A stretch of DNA of 64,000 bases from a virus. Each line of letters begins with the position of its first letter. Position 1 is the first letter of the stretch. Of this stretch, positions 16,286-24,619 are shown in pieces. The stretch is taken from the IMG/VR virus record IMGVR_UViG_3300045988_145476; one strand, given 5' to 3'. The notes beneath the pieces were generated by a model. The model worked only from the letters and a program-made list of their open reading frames with translations. It did no database searches and was not told the DNA's origin. Made by a program: the position numbers and the translations under genes.

Positions 16286-17662
16286 ATGATTGTGTCTGTC
16301 GGAAGAATGATGCGAAAAGGGGGCGGTGGTCTTATATGGCCGAAAGGTTTAAAAGAATCTATCAAGGCTATCTATGACCCTGCGAAGCAAGGTATGACTA
16401 ACTATGATGTGATTGAGGCCTATGCGGAAGATTTTACAAAATGGGCATATAGAAATAGTAGAGGTACTGCTAAAATTACTAATAATGCTATTGTTATAAC
16501 AAACGTAGTTGAAACTAATAATATTGTAGAAGACGCTAAAGAACCCTACTCTGATTTGACCATTCGCGTTACTGGAGTTACAGAAGATAAATATCTTATT
16601 GTTAGACAAGGAAGAGGAAAGCCTGAAGCCCATATTAAAAAAGATGGTATTTACACCTTTAAAGATAATAATCTCTATTTTGGTTTTGGTGTTAGTGTTA
16701 TCGGTGAATGTAATATCACTATTGCCCAGCTTCCTACTTCTATTCTAAAAGATTATAGCGGCAACGGCAACCACGCCTATTTGTATGCTGGTAAAGGTAG
16801 ATTGAATAGTGGTGTTGGCATTTATGCTCAAGACTTTACAAAATGGATTTTTGGTTCTGTTATTCATAATATAAGTACAAAAGCTCATAACAAACTTCAT
16901 ATTGTTAAAAAGAATCCTAATAATTATTTTGGTTTTACCGTTGGTATTCGAAAAGATAATTATTATAATAAGCCTTATAAACTTAAGTTTAATTTTAATA
17001 AAGAAATAAATGATATTAAATTTAGCGTTGTTTCTACTGATGGTAATTTAATTACTACTCAATGTTTTTCGGCTATTATAAATAATGGTTCTGTTGTAGA
17101 TGTTCCTATTATAAGTGAAGAAATATTTAACAATCAAAAAGAACCAAATATTTATTATGATTTTGGTACTAATAAAGATATTGAAATTGACGTAGAATTA
17201 ATTCCTGATTATCCTAATCAGCTCTGCTACGACGGCATGATGTACGCCGTCTGCTACGACTTCCCGATATTAACGGATTACACGGTGATGGCGGATAGGA
17301 CGTGGTTTGAGAGACAAAATAGAGCTTGTTTCTTGTCTAAAATTACTACGAGTGGAACTGGAGCTTTTGGATTTGAATTTTATAATGAATATAATGAAGA
17401 TACAACTTATAGTTTTGGTCGTGTGAACAATGTAGAGCAATTTAAAGACGGTATAACCTATCAAATAACAAATTCATATAATGGAATAGTGAAACTTGAT
17501 TACATTGTTAATGGTAAAGATAATGCAGAGTTGTATATTGGGAAATTACGTCCTTCTGAACGTCCTGCTTTTATCGGCTGTCACGGTGCCATCATAGTCG
17601 CCGACCGCAGCTTCACCGAAGAAGAGATAAACTGGCTAAAGGATAATTTATTTAGAAAATAA
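16286..17662 (+). CDS. LamG/concanavalin-like domain protein (putative receptor-binding or fibre accessory protein)
   Basis: 'LKDYSGNGNHAYLYAGKG' and C-terminal 'GAIIVADRSFTEEEINWLKDNLF' resemble the LamG-jellyroll signatures (D.SGNGN.g.l.G; G.IdevriynRaLs.eEI). It lies directly upstream of a fibre gene. Confidence 0.55.
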   Translation: MIVSVGRMMRKGGGGLIWPKGLKESIKAIYDPAKQGMTNYDVIEAYAEDFTKWAYRNSRGTAKITNNAIVITNVVETNNIVEDAKEPYSDLTIRVTGVTEDKYLIVRQGRGKPEAHIKKDGIYTFKDNNLYFGFGVSVIGECNITIAQLPTSILKDYSGNGNHAYLYAGKGRLNSGVGIYAQDFTKWIFGSVIHNISTKAHNKLHIVKKNPNNYFGFTVGIRKDNYYNKPYKLKFNFNKEINDIKFSVVSTDGNLITTQCFSAIINNGSVVDVPIISEEIFNNQKEPNIYYDFGTNKDIEIDVELIPDYPNQLCYDGMMYAVCYDFPILTDYTVMADRTWFERQNRACFLSKITTSGTGAFGFEFYNEYNEDTTYSFGRVNNVEQFKDGITYQITNSYNGIVKLDYIVNGKDNAELYIGKLRPSERPAFIGCHGAIIVADRSFTEEEINWLKDNLFRK

Positions 17663-17665
17663 TAT

Positions 17666-19003
17666 ATGGCTTCAAATGAAAAAGACTCTCCGATTAGTCT
17701 ACTTGAAACTCTATCGGAAATTGATGGTAACTTGGAGTATTTTGCGGTCGCTAAGGACGGGACTACCTATAAATGTACTCCCGCCCAATTAAAGGATTTT
17801 GTACTGAAAGGCGAAACTCCAGTGGTTCGCATACCTTTAGCGGTATTGAACTTGAGCAATTCTTCAAGCAGCGAGGATATACTCAACGCTTTTGGCGGTA
17901 AGGAAACTTTCATCGCCCTTTGTGAGAAAATCTATGGCAGGGATGTGGTATGCGTCTGTCAGGGTTTTGCCAGTGATGATGATGAAAACATGAAGACTGG
18001 ATATGTAACGCAGGCGATTTCCTGCAAGCATATTGACGCTGAGAACGCAATACTCATGTTCCTTATCAACATAGACAACGTTTCCCACCGGCTTATGATA
18101 AATTGCGTGGACGGTACGGCATCATTCTCCAAGACTACGGTGGATGATGCCAGTGTTATTTTGCTCCCCGATGATGTGAACAGTATTGAACAAAATTACT
18201 CGTCCAAACAGATATTTGACGCTTTTGGCGGTAAGGATGCCTATAACGGTTACGTAAGCAAAATCACCCAGAAGTCGGTTATAAAAATCGGAGATGCTTT
18301 ATATGCCGTTTCACAGGTGTTAGGTTCTTCCTATACCGACGAAAACAATAGCCAGTTAGTCGTGCAGACCATTGCTATGAACGTGATAAAGTACATACAG
18401 GTTACTGTAACCGGCGGTACCGCAAAAGCCATTGTCGGGAAATGGGACGTCGTTGACGCTGAGAAGATACTCACCAAAGACAATACGACCGCTTATACTC
18501 CGACCAATGATTATCATCCCGCTACGAAGAAGTATGTGGATAATATCAATTATGGTAAGGTTATTAACGTTTCTGTGGGCACTTATCTTACTACCAATAA
18601 AAACGAAAAAGACAGGGAAGCAATAGACCTTATAAATACCATTTTTGGTTCGGTTGATAATCTGAAAGAAATAATCCAGGATATTATAGCGAACCACACC
18701 AAGTATTATTTTCACAGTTATAATAGCAAAGATAATTGTATTGAACTTAGTAGCATTTACTCTTTTCACAACCCTGAAACTGAAGAATATAACTTGCAAT
18801 GCAATATCAGTTATTATACTAATAACGGTCCTGTTTCCAAGCGTATGGGATTTAAACTAATGCCCAATGATGAAGACTGCGCTGCCTCTATAGAAGATAT
18901 ACTCACTTCCGATAATCTACAAAGAGTTGTTAAACGTACTAAATCTGAATACGATGGTATTGGTATTAAAGATAATTCTACAATGTATGCAATAACTGAA
19001 TAA
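17666..19003 (+). CDS. tail fibre / receptor-binding protein
   Basis: 'TPTNDYHPATKKYVDN' matches the common fibre motif (..d.aaTKgYVD). There is an internal duplicated segment: 'EDILNAFGGKETF' and 'KQIFDAFGGKDAY'. Confidence 0.6.
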   Translation: MASNEKDSPISLLETLSEIDGNLEYFAVAKDGTTYKCTPAQLKDFVLKGETPVVRIPLAVLNLSNSSSSEDILNAFGGKETFIALCEKIYGRDVVCVCQGFASDDDENMKTGYVTQAISCKHIDAENAILMFLINIDNVSHRLMINCVDGTASFSKTTVDDASVILLPDDVNSIEQNYSSKQIFDAFGGKDAYNGYVSKITQKSVIKIGDALYAVSQVLGSSYTDENNSQLVVQTIAMNVIKYIQVTVTGGTAKAIVGKWDVVDAEKILTKDNTTAYTPTNDYHPATKKYVDNINYGKVINVSVGTYLTTNKNEKDREAIDLINTIFGSVDNLKEIIQDIIANHTKYYFHSYNSKDNCIELSSIYSFHNPETEEYNLQCNISYYTNNGPVSKRMGFKLMPNDEDCAASIEDILTSDNLQRVVKRTKSEYDGIGIKDNSTMYAITE

Positions 19004-19015
19004 AAATTCAAAGGT

Positions 19016-19395
19016 ATGGATAGTAATTTAAAAGTTGGTTCTAATAATGCAGGATTGTTTGTTGGTAATATTGAGATATTAGGGGGATAACAGTTGATTA
19101 TGAAGATGGCTTCTTTAATGATAATGGTTCGGCGTGTATTATAGTTAATAATTCGCAAGAAACTAAATCTTTTAATATAGATAATAATACAGTTAATGTT
19201 GCTTCAAATAGTATTTCCTTTTTATATAGTTATTCCAATTGGAAAATATCTACTAATACAGATATTATATATGATTTTCGTTTTGGCGATGCTGATAATG
19301 GAGAAGCTAATGATACTATTACAGCAAAGGCAAATGATGTATTATTTAATTTTACTGGTTATGGTTCTTATTTAGTTTTAGTAATAAAAGAATAA
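19016..19395 (+). pseudogene. frameshifted small gene, interrupted at a G5 tract; paralogue of 19407-19868
   Basis: From the ATG at 19016 there are 24 codons to a TAA at 19088. The -1 frame is open from 19087 to the TAA at 19393-19395. One extra G in the 19082-19086 run, or a -1 slip, would give one ORF of about 126 aa. Confidence 0.5.
19082..19086 (+). repeat. G5 homopolymer at the frame break
   Basis: Read directly: TTAGGGGGATAA. Confidence 0.95.
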
Positions 19396-19406
19396 ATATA
19401 ATTGAT

Positions 19407-19868
19407 ATGGATAAAGATACGAAAGATATTAACGGGGGGGGGGTAAGAGTAGGTATAAGTAATACGAGTATTCGTATTGGAAATCAACTTATTGCTGGCA
19501 AAGAATTTGATATTAAACAACTTGTTGATAATATTATATTTGCAGATGATTTAGTACATAAAGAAATTAATGGACAACTTGTTCTTATTTGCAATCTTAG
19601 TAGTATCCCTATTTATTTATATCGAGATTCAGTAAGAATTGAAATAAAAAAACAACATATCGAATGGTATTCATTTAGAGCACCTACTGCTATTAGTCTT
19701 TTTAATGAAGATAATACTCCAATAAGAGCTATTACACAAAAGGAGTCTATATCCAATAATTTTGTTATAGAAATAACTGATTCTGTCGTTAATAATGGCG
19801 ATAGTGTATTTGATATTGCAGATAGTACAGGGATTTTCGGTTTGGTTTGTGTTCTAATGAATGCGTAA
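19407..19868 (+). CDS. hypothetical protein with a G10 tract in codons 10-13
   Basis: 153-aa ATG ORF. The tract encodes 'NGGGV'. It lies in a very AT-rich context downstream of the fibre genes. Confidence 0.55.
   Translation: MDKDTKDINGGGVRVGISNTSIRIGNQLIAGKEFDIKQLVDNIIFADDLVHKEINGQLVLICNLSSIPIYLYRDSVRIEIKKQHIEWYSFRAPTAISLFNEDNTPIRAITQKESISNNFVIEITDSVVNNGDSVFDIADSTGIFGLVCVLMNA
19434..19443 (+). repeat. G10 homopolymer inside a coding region
   Basis: Read directly: AACGGGGGGGGGGTAAG. Confidence 0.95.
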
Positions 19869-19912
19869 AACAATAATATTAATAAAATAACAAAGTGTTT
19901 ACTTTTTTGATT

Positions 19913-20356
19913 ATGAGAGTAAAAGTATTTTATGAGAATTGGCTCGCTAAAGCCATTCTGTTCAAGAACTACGGTACGATGATGTTCTTTGGTTTCATCA
20001 TTACCAAACATGCAAGTTTGCCTATTGAGGCACAACGTGAGGAGCGTATTCATCAGCTCCAGTTCAAGGAATGTATGGAAATTGCTACGATACCGGCGGT
20101 TTTCCTTTCTCTGTATGTGAGCTGGTGGTGGATGCTTCTTATTCCCACCTTGTACTATATAATGTACGGTGTGGAATGGTTTATCAGTTTTATATATCAT
20201 TTGTTCAAGGACAAACAAATCGGTGATGGGAAAGTGAACGCCAATGCCTATTATGCAAGCGCCTTTGAAATGGAAGCTAAGGAGAACCGGAACAGCCAGA
20301 TTTATCTGCGTTTCCGCAAATGGGGGGCTTGGTTCAAATATTACGGGAAGTTATAG
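19913..20356 (+). CDS. membrane protein
   Basis: I prefer the ATG at 19913 over the GTG at 19895. Hydrophobic segments GTMMFFGFIIT and IPAVFLSLYVSWWWMLLIPTLYYIMYGVEWFISFIY. Confidence 0.5.
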   Translation: MRVKVFYENWLAKAILFKNYGTMMFFGFIITKHASLPIEAQREERIHQLQFKECMEIATIPAVFLSLYVSWWWMLLIPTLYYIMYGVEWFISFIYHLFKDKQIGDGKVNANAYYASAFEMEAKENRNSQIYLRFRKWGAWFKYYGKL

Positions 20357-20361
20357 GAGCG

Positions 20362-20393
20362 TTTGCAATATTGCGTAGTATTTCCTATATTTG
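20362..20393 (+). promoter_or_regulatory. consensus Bacteroides-type promoter (TTTG-N20-TAtaTTTG)
   Basis: TTTG at 20362-20365 and TATATTTG at 20386-20393, 20 nt upstream of the folE ATG. Confidence 0.6.
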
Positions 20394-20413
20394 TATATCA
20401 AACTTAAATCATT

Positions 20414-21088
20414 ATGCTGGACAAATCAAAAACGGACCCGAAGTTAGGTAGGGAAATCCACCAACTTCTACATGACACAGGAATCGAAACCCCTATGATA
20501 GACTCAACGTTTCAGACCGAATCTGAAAAGTTTACCGCCATACGGGACAGCTTTAAGACTATCATGCAAACTCTTGGAATGGACTTGACCGATGATAGCC
20601 TTTCGGAAACCCCAAATCGTATTGCCAAGATGTACCTCAACGAAATATTTTGGGGTCTTGATTACAACAACTTCCCGAAAGTAACCACCATAGACAATAA
20701 GATGCAGTATAATTCCATGCTGCTGGAAAGAAACATAAAAGTTTCTTCATTCTGTGAGCACCACTTTGTGAACTTTGTAGGCAGTGCGTATGTTGCTTAC
20801 ATCCCGCACGGGAAAATAATCGGTTTGTCAAAGATAAACCGCATTGTTGAGTTCTTCTGCCGCAGGCCACAAGTGCAGGAACGCCTGTGTGAACAAATAT
20901 GGGCGGCTCTCTGCCATGTACTTGAAACCGAAGACATTGCCGTTCTTATTCGTGCAGAACATTTCTGCGTTAAGTCAAGAGGAGTTGAGGATATTAATTC
21001 CGATACGGTTACTTCCCGTTTGGGCGGTTTGTTCTATGACAGTGAGCAAAGGGACGAGTTTTATAAGGTACTCAACTTTGGTGTATGA
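20414..21088 (+). CDS. folE: GTP cyclohydrolase I
   Basis: 'SFCEHHFVNFVGSAYVAYIPHGKIIGLSKINRIVEFFCRRPQVQERL' contains the FolE hallmark motifs CEHH, GLSK and RPQVQERLT. Confidence 0.9.
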   Translation: MLDKSKTDPKLGREIHQLLHDTGIETPMIDSTFQTESEKFTAIRDSFKTIMQTLGMDLTDDSLSETPNRIAKMYLNEIFWGLDYNNFPKVTTIDNKMQYNSMLLERNIKVSSFCEHHFVNFVGSAYVAYIPHGKIIGLSKINRIVEFFCRRPQVQERLCEQIWAALCHVLETEDIAVLIRAEHFCVKSRGVEDINSDTVTSRLGGLFYDSEQRDEFYKVLNFGV

Positions 21089-21657
21089 AAGGATTTACTC
21101 TGATTGATAACGTATGGGTGGAGAATAGAATATTTCCCACCTATTTTTCTTGTGACTATGACAAGTGTAAGGGAGCGTGCTGCTGGGCTGGTGATGCCAA
21201 AGATTATGACGGTGGTACATTGCTCGCCGAGGAAGCTCAGGAAATACTCCTTAGAAAAACCGCTCTCTCTCCGTTCACGAGTGAAGACTTGCGTAGTATT
21301 GCCGAGAATAGTCCAGTATATACCCGTAACGGCGGCATTTACACGAAACTTCATTCTGACGGTAGATGCGTGTACATGAACGGAAAAGGATGCGCATTGA
21401 AAGACGCATGTGCTGCTGGAAAACTTTCATTCGATATTCCCGTTTATTGTCAGTTGTACCCGTTATGGGTGAGTGAACATTCTGACGGGAACATGAAGCT
21501 TTTCTTGGCTGATTCGTTCGAGGAGTTCTGCCGGCCCGCCTTTGAAAAGGGGCTTCGTGATAAAACAACTCTGTTACAGTTTTGCCGGATACCACTAATA
21601 AGATTTTTCGGTGAACCTTTCTACCAGACCTTATTCAATATGGTTACTCAAGAATGA
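21085..21657 (+). CDS. Cys-rich DUF3109-like protein
   Basis: ATGA-coupled to folE. 'FSCDYDKCKGACCWAGD...GGTLLAEEAQEIL' and 'DGRCVYMNGKGCALK' resemble the Bacteroidota DUF3109 / CxxCxxCC-type family, from memory only. Confidence 0.45.
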   Translation: MKGFTLIDNVWVENRIFPTYFSCDYDKCKGACCWAGDAKDYDGGTLLAEEAQEILLRKTALSPFTSEDLRSIAENSPVYTRNGGIYTKLHSDGRCVYMNGKGCALKDACAAGKLSFDIPVYCQLYPLWVSEHSDGNMKLFLADSFEEFCRPAFEKGLRDKTTLLQFCRIPLIRFFGEPFYQTLFNMVTQE

Positions 21658-21661
21658 ACGA

Positions 21662-21970
21662 ATGATACCACTTTGGCAAACAGTATTACTCCTCGGCAAT
21701 TCTACCGAGGAGTTTTCATTTACGTATAACGGTGAACAAAAAATATTTCTTGACGGTAAGAAATTAGACGGTGAGTGGGTAATATCTTTACGAGTTATTA
21801 TGTTTGCCCAGTTCGCATGGGGAGTAAACCGTTTCCGTACGAGAATGAATGGAAGCTCCCATGAGGTTACCCGCTATTATTTGACAGTAATACTCAACTG
21901 GCTTGTTGAAAACCATATCGTGAAGGGACGTGAGGAACTTAAATCACTTATAAAGGCTCATTTGGAATAA
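21662..21970 (+). CDS. hypothetical protein
   Basis: I chose the ATG at 21662 within ORF 21611-21970. Confidence 0.45.
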   Translation: MIPLWQTVLLLGNSTEEFSFTYNGEQKIFLDGKKLDGEWVISLRVIMFAQFAWGVNRFRTRMNGSSHEVTRYYLTVILNWLVENHIVKGREELKSLIKAHLE

Positions 21971-22014
21971 TACTTATCTTTTTGTATATTTACGATATAT
22001 GAAACGAAAAACGT

Positions 22015-22320
22015 ATGAAAACAGTACACGAAGGTATGGTAGAGCAACGGTTTTTCCCAGTAAGTAAGCTTACTGATATAATCGAAATTCAGCCGGGAGA
22101 ATTAATCTATGTTAGGTACGCAAAATATAACGTACTTTTTCAGAACGCCTATAAGACCATTTCCGCACCCAATATGAAGTTGTGGGCTATTCCGGGTACT
22201 TCCGTATATGCCGAAACACTCAAACCATGCGGATATAATGTTATCGGCGTTAGTATTTCTCAATGTAGGTTTCCTACACATAGTGAATTTAGTAAATATG
22301 AATTATGTCAGACAGTATAA
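22015..22320 (+). CDS. hypothetical protein
   Basis: 101-aa ATG ORF. Confidence 0.5.
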   Translation: MKTVHEGMVEQRFFPVSKLTDIIEIQPGELIYVRYAKYNVLFQNAYKTISAPNMKLWAIPGTSVYAETLKPCGYNVIGVSISQCRFPTHSEFSKYELCQTV

Positions 22321-22646
22321 TAACATTTTGCTCTGAGGAAGGGAAAAAAGATTACGGTTATCACGCCATATATGAATATGTTAGAACTCTCGAATTGAGT
22401 GAGGGTACCGTTCTTGCTTTTCCTTGTGGTGGTGATTTTGTAGCTCTGTTCCAAACCTCACGGAATATAGACCTTCTTGAAAATGAGATTGACATACTGA
22501 ACGGCTCACTGGTTATTCTGGGTGATGGAGATGCTAAACTTCACCATTACGCTTCCGTTTATGAGCTTGAATCTATTGCCACAGGAGCTTGCCGGCTCCC
22601 TACTAAGGAAGAATATGATGAATACCAAAAAAGACCGTCCGTTTAG
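22305..22646 (+). CDS. hypothetical protein
   Basis: 113-aa ATG ORF. Confidence 0.5.
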   Translation: MSDSIITFCSEEGKKDYGYHAIYEYVRTLELSEGTVLAFPCGGDFVALFQTSRNIDLLENEIDILNGSLVILGDGDAKLHHYASVYELESIATGACRLPTKEEYDEYQKRPSV

Positions 22647-22648
22647 TT

Positions 22649-22909
22649 ATGAAAGATATTCTTCTTTACAGTTTCCCGTTACTGGCAACGCTTTGGCTTG
22701 TTGCCCATTGCTGGCTCTGGTACAGATATATCCGTTTGCGTAAACAAAAAGAGAATGAATACTATACGGATTATGTGCATAACAATCTTATCTTGCGCAT
22801 TTACAAACCGGAGTTCGAGTATCAAGCTATTGGAAATGTGCCTCTTGACAAACTATTGGATAGAGGAAATTTCTCCCAGTTTTATGTTTGGGCTTTAATA
22901 GAAAAGTAA
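22649..22909 (+). CDS. small protein with N-terminal TM segment
   Basis: 86 aa, starting 'ILLYSFPLLATLWLVAHCWLWY'. Confidence 0.45.
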   Translation: MKDILLYSFPLLATLWLVAHCWLWYRYIRLRKQKENEYYTDYVHNNLILRIYKPEFEYQAIGNVPLDKLLDRGNFSQFYVWALIEK

Positions 22910-22910
22910 T

Positions 22911-23165
22911 ATGGAAAGTTATGAATGGAAATTTGACGGAGCAGTAAAATATCGTATCGTTGAAGTCCATGTAGACACAATTAGACCGGGGGATACGGTA
23001 CTTTTATCTGATGGGATTCTTCATACGGTAGGTAAAAAAGATATTTCTTATAACCCATTCATGGGAACGAGTATCTTTGGGTATAATTACAAATGCGGGA
23101 CTGAACCCGTAAAAAAAGCAATAATTTATCATGGATTTAAACAAATTTGCAAAACGTGCGTTTAG
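22911..23165 (+). CDS. hypothetical protein
   Basis: 84-aa ATG ORF. Confidence 0.45.
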   Translation: MESYEWKFDGAVKYRIVEVHVDTIRPGDTVLLSDGILHTVGKKDISYNPFMGTSIFGYNYKCGTEPVKKAIIYHGFKQICKTCV

Positions 23166-23430
23166 TAATGCACTTAAAAGAAAAAAGATTACCGACACGT
23201 CTAATCTGGGCGTACAAGGTGCTGAGGCTCTCAAAGGCCTTATGAGTGAAGTGGAAGAATTTCACAAAGCAAACCCTTGTGAGCCGTCCGAACATCTTCC
23301 CCAGTATTCAGAAGAAGTAGAGGAACTCGCTGATATTGCGATAACCGCATTTACCGAACTCTACCGTAGAGGTGTTGATATAGAGAAAGTGTTACATGAA
23401 AAAATGAAATTCAATGAGCAAAGAACTTAA
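23131..23430 (+). CDS. MazG-like nucleotide pyrophosphohydrolase (all-alpha NTP-PPase)
   Basis: 'EVEEFHKA' followed by 'EEVEELADIAITAFTELYRRGVDIEKVLHEKMKFNEQR' fits the MazG pattern E..E...(E)E.aD. Confidence 0.6.
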   Translation: MDLNKFAKRAFSNALKRKKITDTSNLGVQGAEALKGLMSEVEEFHKANPCEPSEHLPQYSEEVEELADIAITAFTELYRRGVDIEKVLHEKMKFNEQRT

Positions 23431-23481
23431 TCTTCCAGAACGAGTAGCGAAATTCCAAACGGATGTGCTACAAACTTTGAA

Positions 23482-23697
23482 TTGTCCGGCCACTTATCCG
23501 TTCTCCGTCTTGAAAACGGAACGATACAGGTTGACCGCAAGGACTGTGATGCCGATGAACTACTGTTGAAAGTATCCCGCTGCCCGATTGCAGGAAAACT
23601 TCGTGTACAGGGTAGCGTGCTTGAACTTGATTACCCCGAAACAAGAGACTGCATCAAGACTCTTTCGGAGTCCTTATCTTTAGATGTTACCTTATGA
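23482..23697 (+). CDS. hypothetical protein with unresolved start
   Basis: This frame has only a TTG start and is the same frame as mazG, directly continuing past its TAA. Its stop forms an ATGA overlap with the next gene. An ATG ORF (23414-23569) overlaps it in another frame. Confidence 0.3.
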   Translation: MSGHLSVLRLENGTIQVDRKDCDADELLLKVSRCPIAGKLRVQGSVLELDYPETRDCIKTLSESLSLDVTL

Positions 23698-23870
23698 CAC
23701 AATCTGATTTAAAACTAATCGAAAAAGCCCGTATGGTTAGCTGTTATGACTTCGGTGAGATTGATAATCTTATTGCTCTTGCCGAAAGTGATGAAGCCAA
23801 AGAACAACTTCGTCTTATACGGAACCGAAAGTACCACATGGAAGAAATGCGGTATGATATGGGCCGCTAA
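23694..23870 (+). CDS. small hypothetical protein (58 aa, below the ORF-track cutoff)
   Basis: My own translation: MTQSDLKLIEKARMVSCYDFGEIDNLIALAESDEAKEQLRLIRNRKYHMEEMRYDMGR. It fills the space before 23881 and has an ATGA overlap upstream. Confidence 0.45.
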   Translation: MTQSDLKLIEKARMVSCYDFGEIDNLIALAESDEAKEQLRLIRNRKYHMEEMRYDMGR

Positions 23871-23880
23871 TATTTTAACT

Positions 23881-24261
23881 ATGGCAAATACCGTTGTACC
23901 CTATGAAACAGCCAAGAAGCTGAACGCTATTGGCTTTTGTGAACCGTTGAACAGATATTATACCAAAAGAGGTGTATTCATAACAACCATTGGGCATATA
24001 TCTCCCAAGGCGTTTTCTTTACCCTCCTTGTTTGACGTTCTGGCTCCCACTTACCAAGAAGCTGCCGATTTTCTCCGGAAGAAGTCCTATTGTGTAGGTG
24101 TTATCCCTATGATTGATAAAGATGGAATATACTTTCATGTGAAGGTTCTCTACGCTCCGAACTTTATCGAAGAGCATTTTGAGAAACGTTATGCTCATTT
24201 TTCTACTGCATTGAAAGAGGGTGTTGACTATTTAATCGAAAAGCTATATGAAGTACGCTAA
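23881..24261 (+). CDS. hypothetical protein, paralogue family with 10425 and 12689
   Basis: I prefer the ATG at 23881 (MANTVVPYETAKKLNAIGF...). The upstream part of ORF 23746 overlaps the small gene. Confidence 0.5.
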   Translation: MANTVVPYETAKKLNAIGFCEPLNRYYTKRGVFITTIGHISPKAFSLPSLFDVLAPTYQEAADFLRKKSYCVGVIPMIDKDGIYFHVKVLYAPNFIEEHFEKRYAHFSTALKEGVDYLIEKLYEVR

Positions 24262-24619
24262 AGTATTAAGGCAAGCACTGAACGCCTTATTTTATCTCTG
24301 CTCTCTAATAGGATTCATGCAGTTCTTATCTCTTATAATGTTTCCTCACTTGAGATTGGTTGTTCTCATACTTATTGCCGTTGGAATTTTCCTATGGTGT
24401 ATTATCTATGCTGTGGAAACCCCAAGCCAGTATTACTACTATGTGGTCGCACAAGTAGAGGGGAAATTCTTATATACTCGAATAAAGTCCGAAAAGGAGC
24501 TTACCTATTGGGGAGCCACTGAACTAATTTCGAGGGAAAGGGAACTCGCTTATCCTATTATCGTTATTAACATGCAAAGAATAACCGAAGAAGAATATAA
24601 CTCCGTATATTTTCCCTAA
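24248..24619 (+). CDS. membrane protein (2 TM)
   Basis: 123 aa. Hydrophobic segments LFYLCSLIGFMQFLSLIMF and LVVLILIAVGIFLWCIIYAV. Confidence 0.5.
   Translation: MKYAKVLRQALNALFYLCSLIGFMQFLSLIMFPHLRLVVLILIAVGIFLWCIIYAVETPSQYYYYVVAQVEGKFLYTRIKSEKELTYWGATELISRERELAYPIIVINMQRITEEEYNSVYFP

Noticed and set aside
16286-19003. Diversity-generating retroelement targeting the LamG/fibre genes.
   Set aside because: No reverse-transcriptase ORF (YxDD) is present anywhere in the 64 kb, and I found no template/variable repeat pair.
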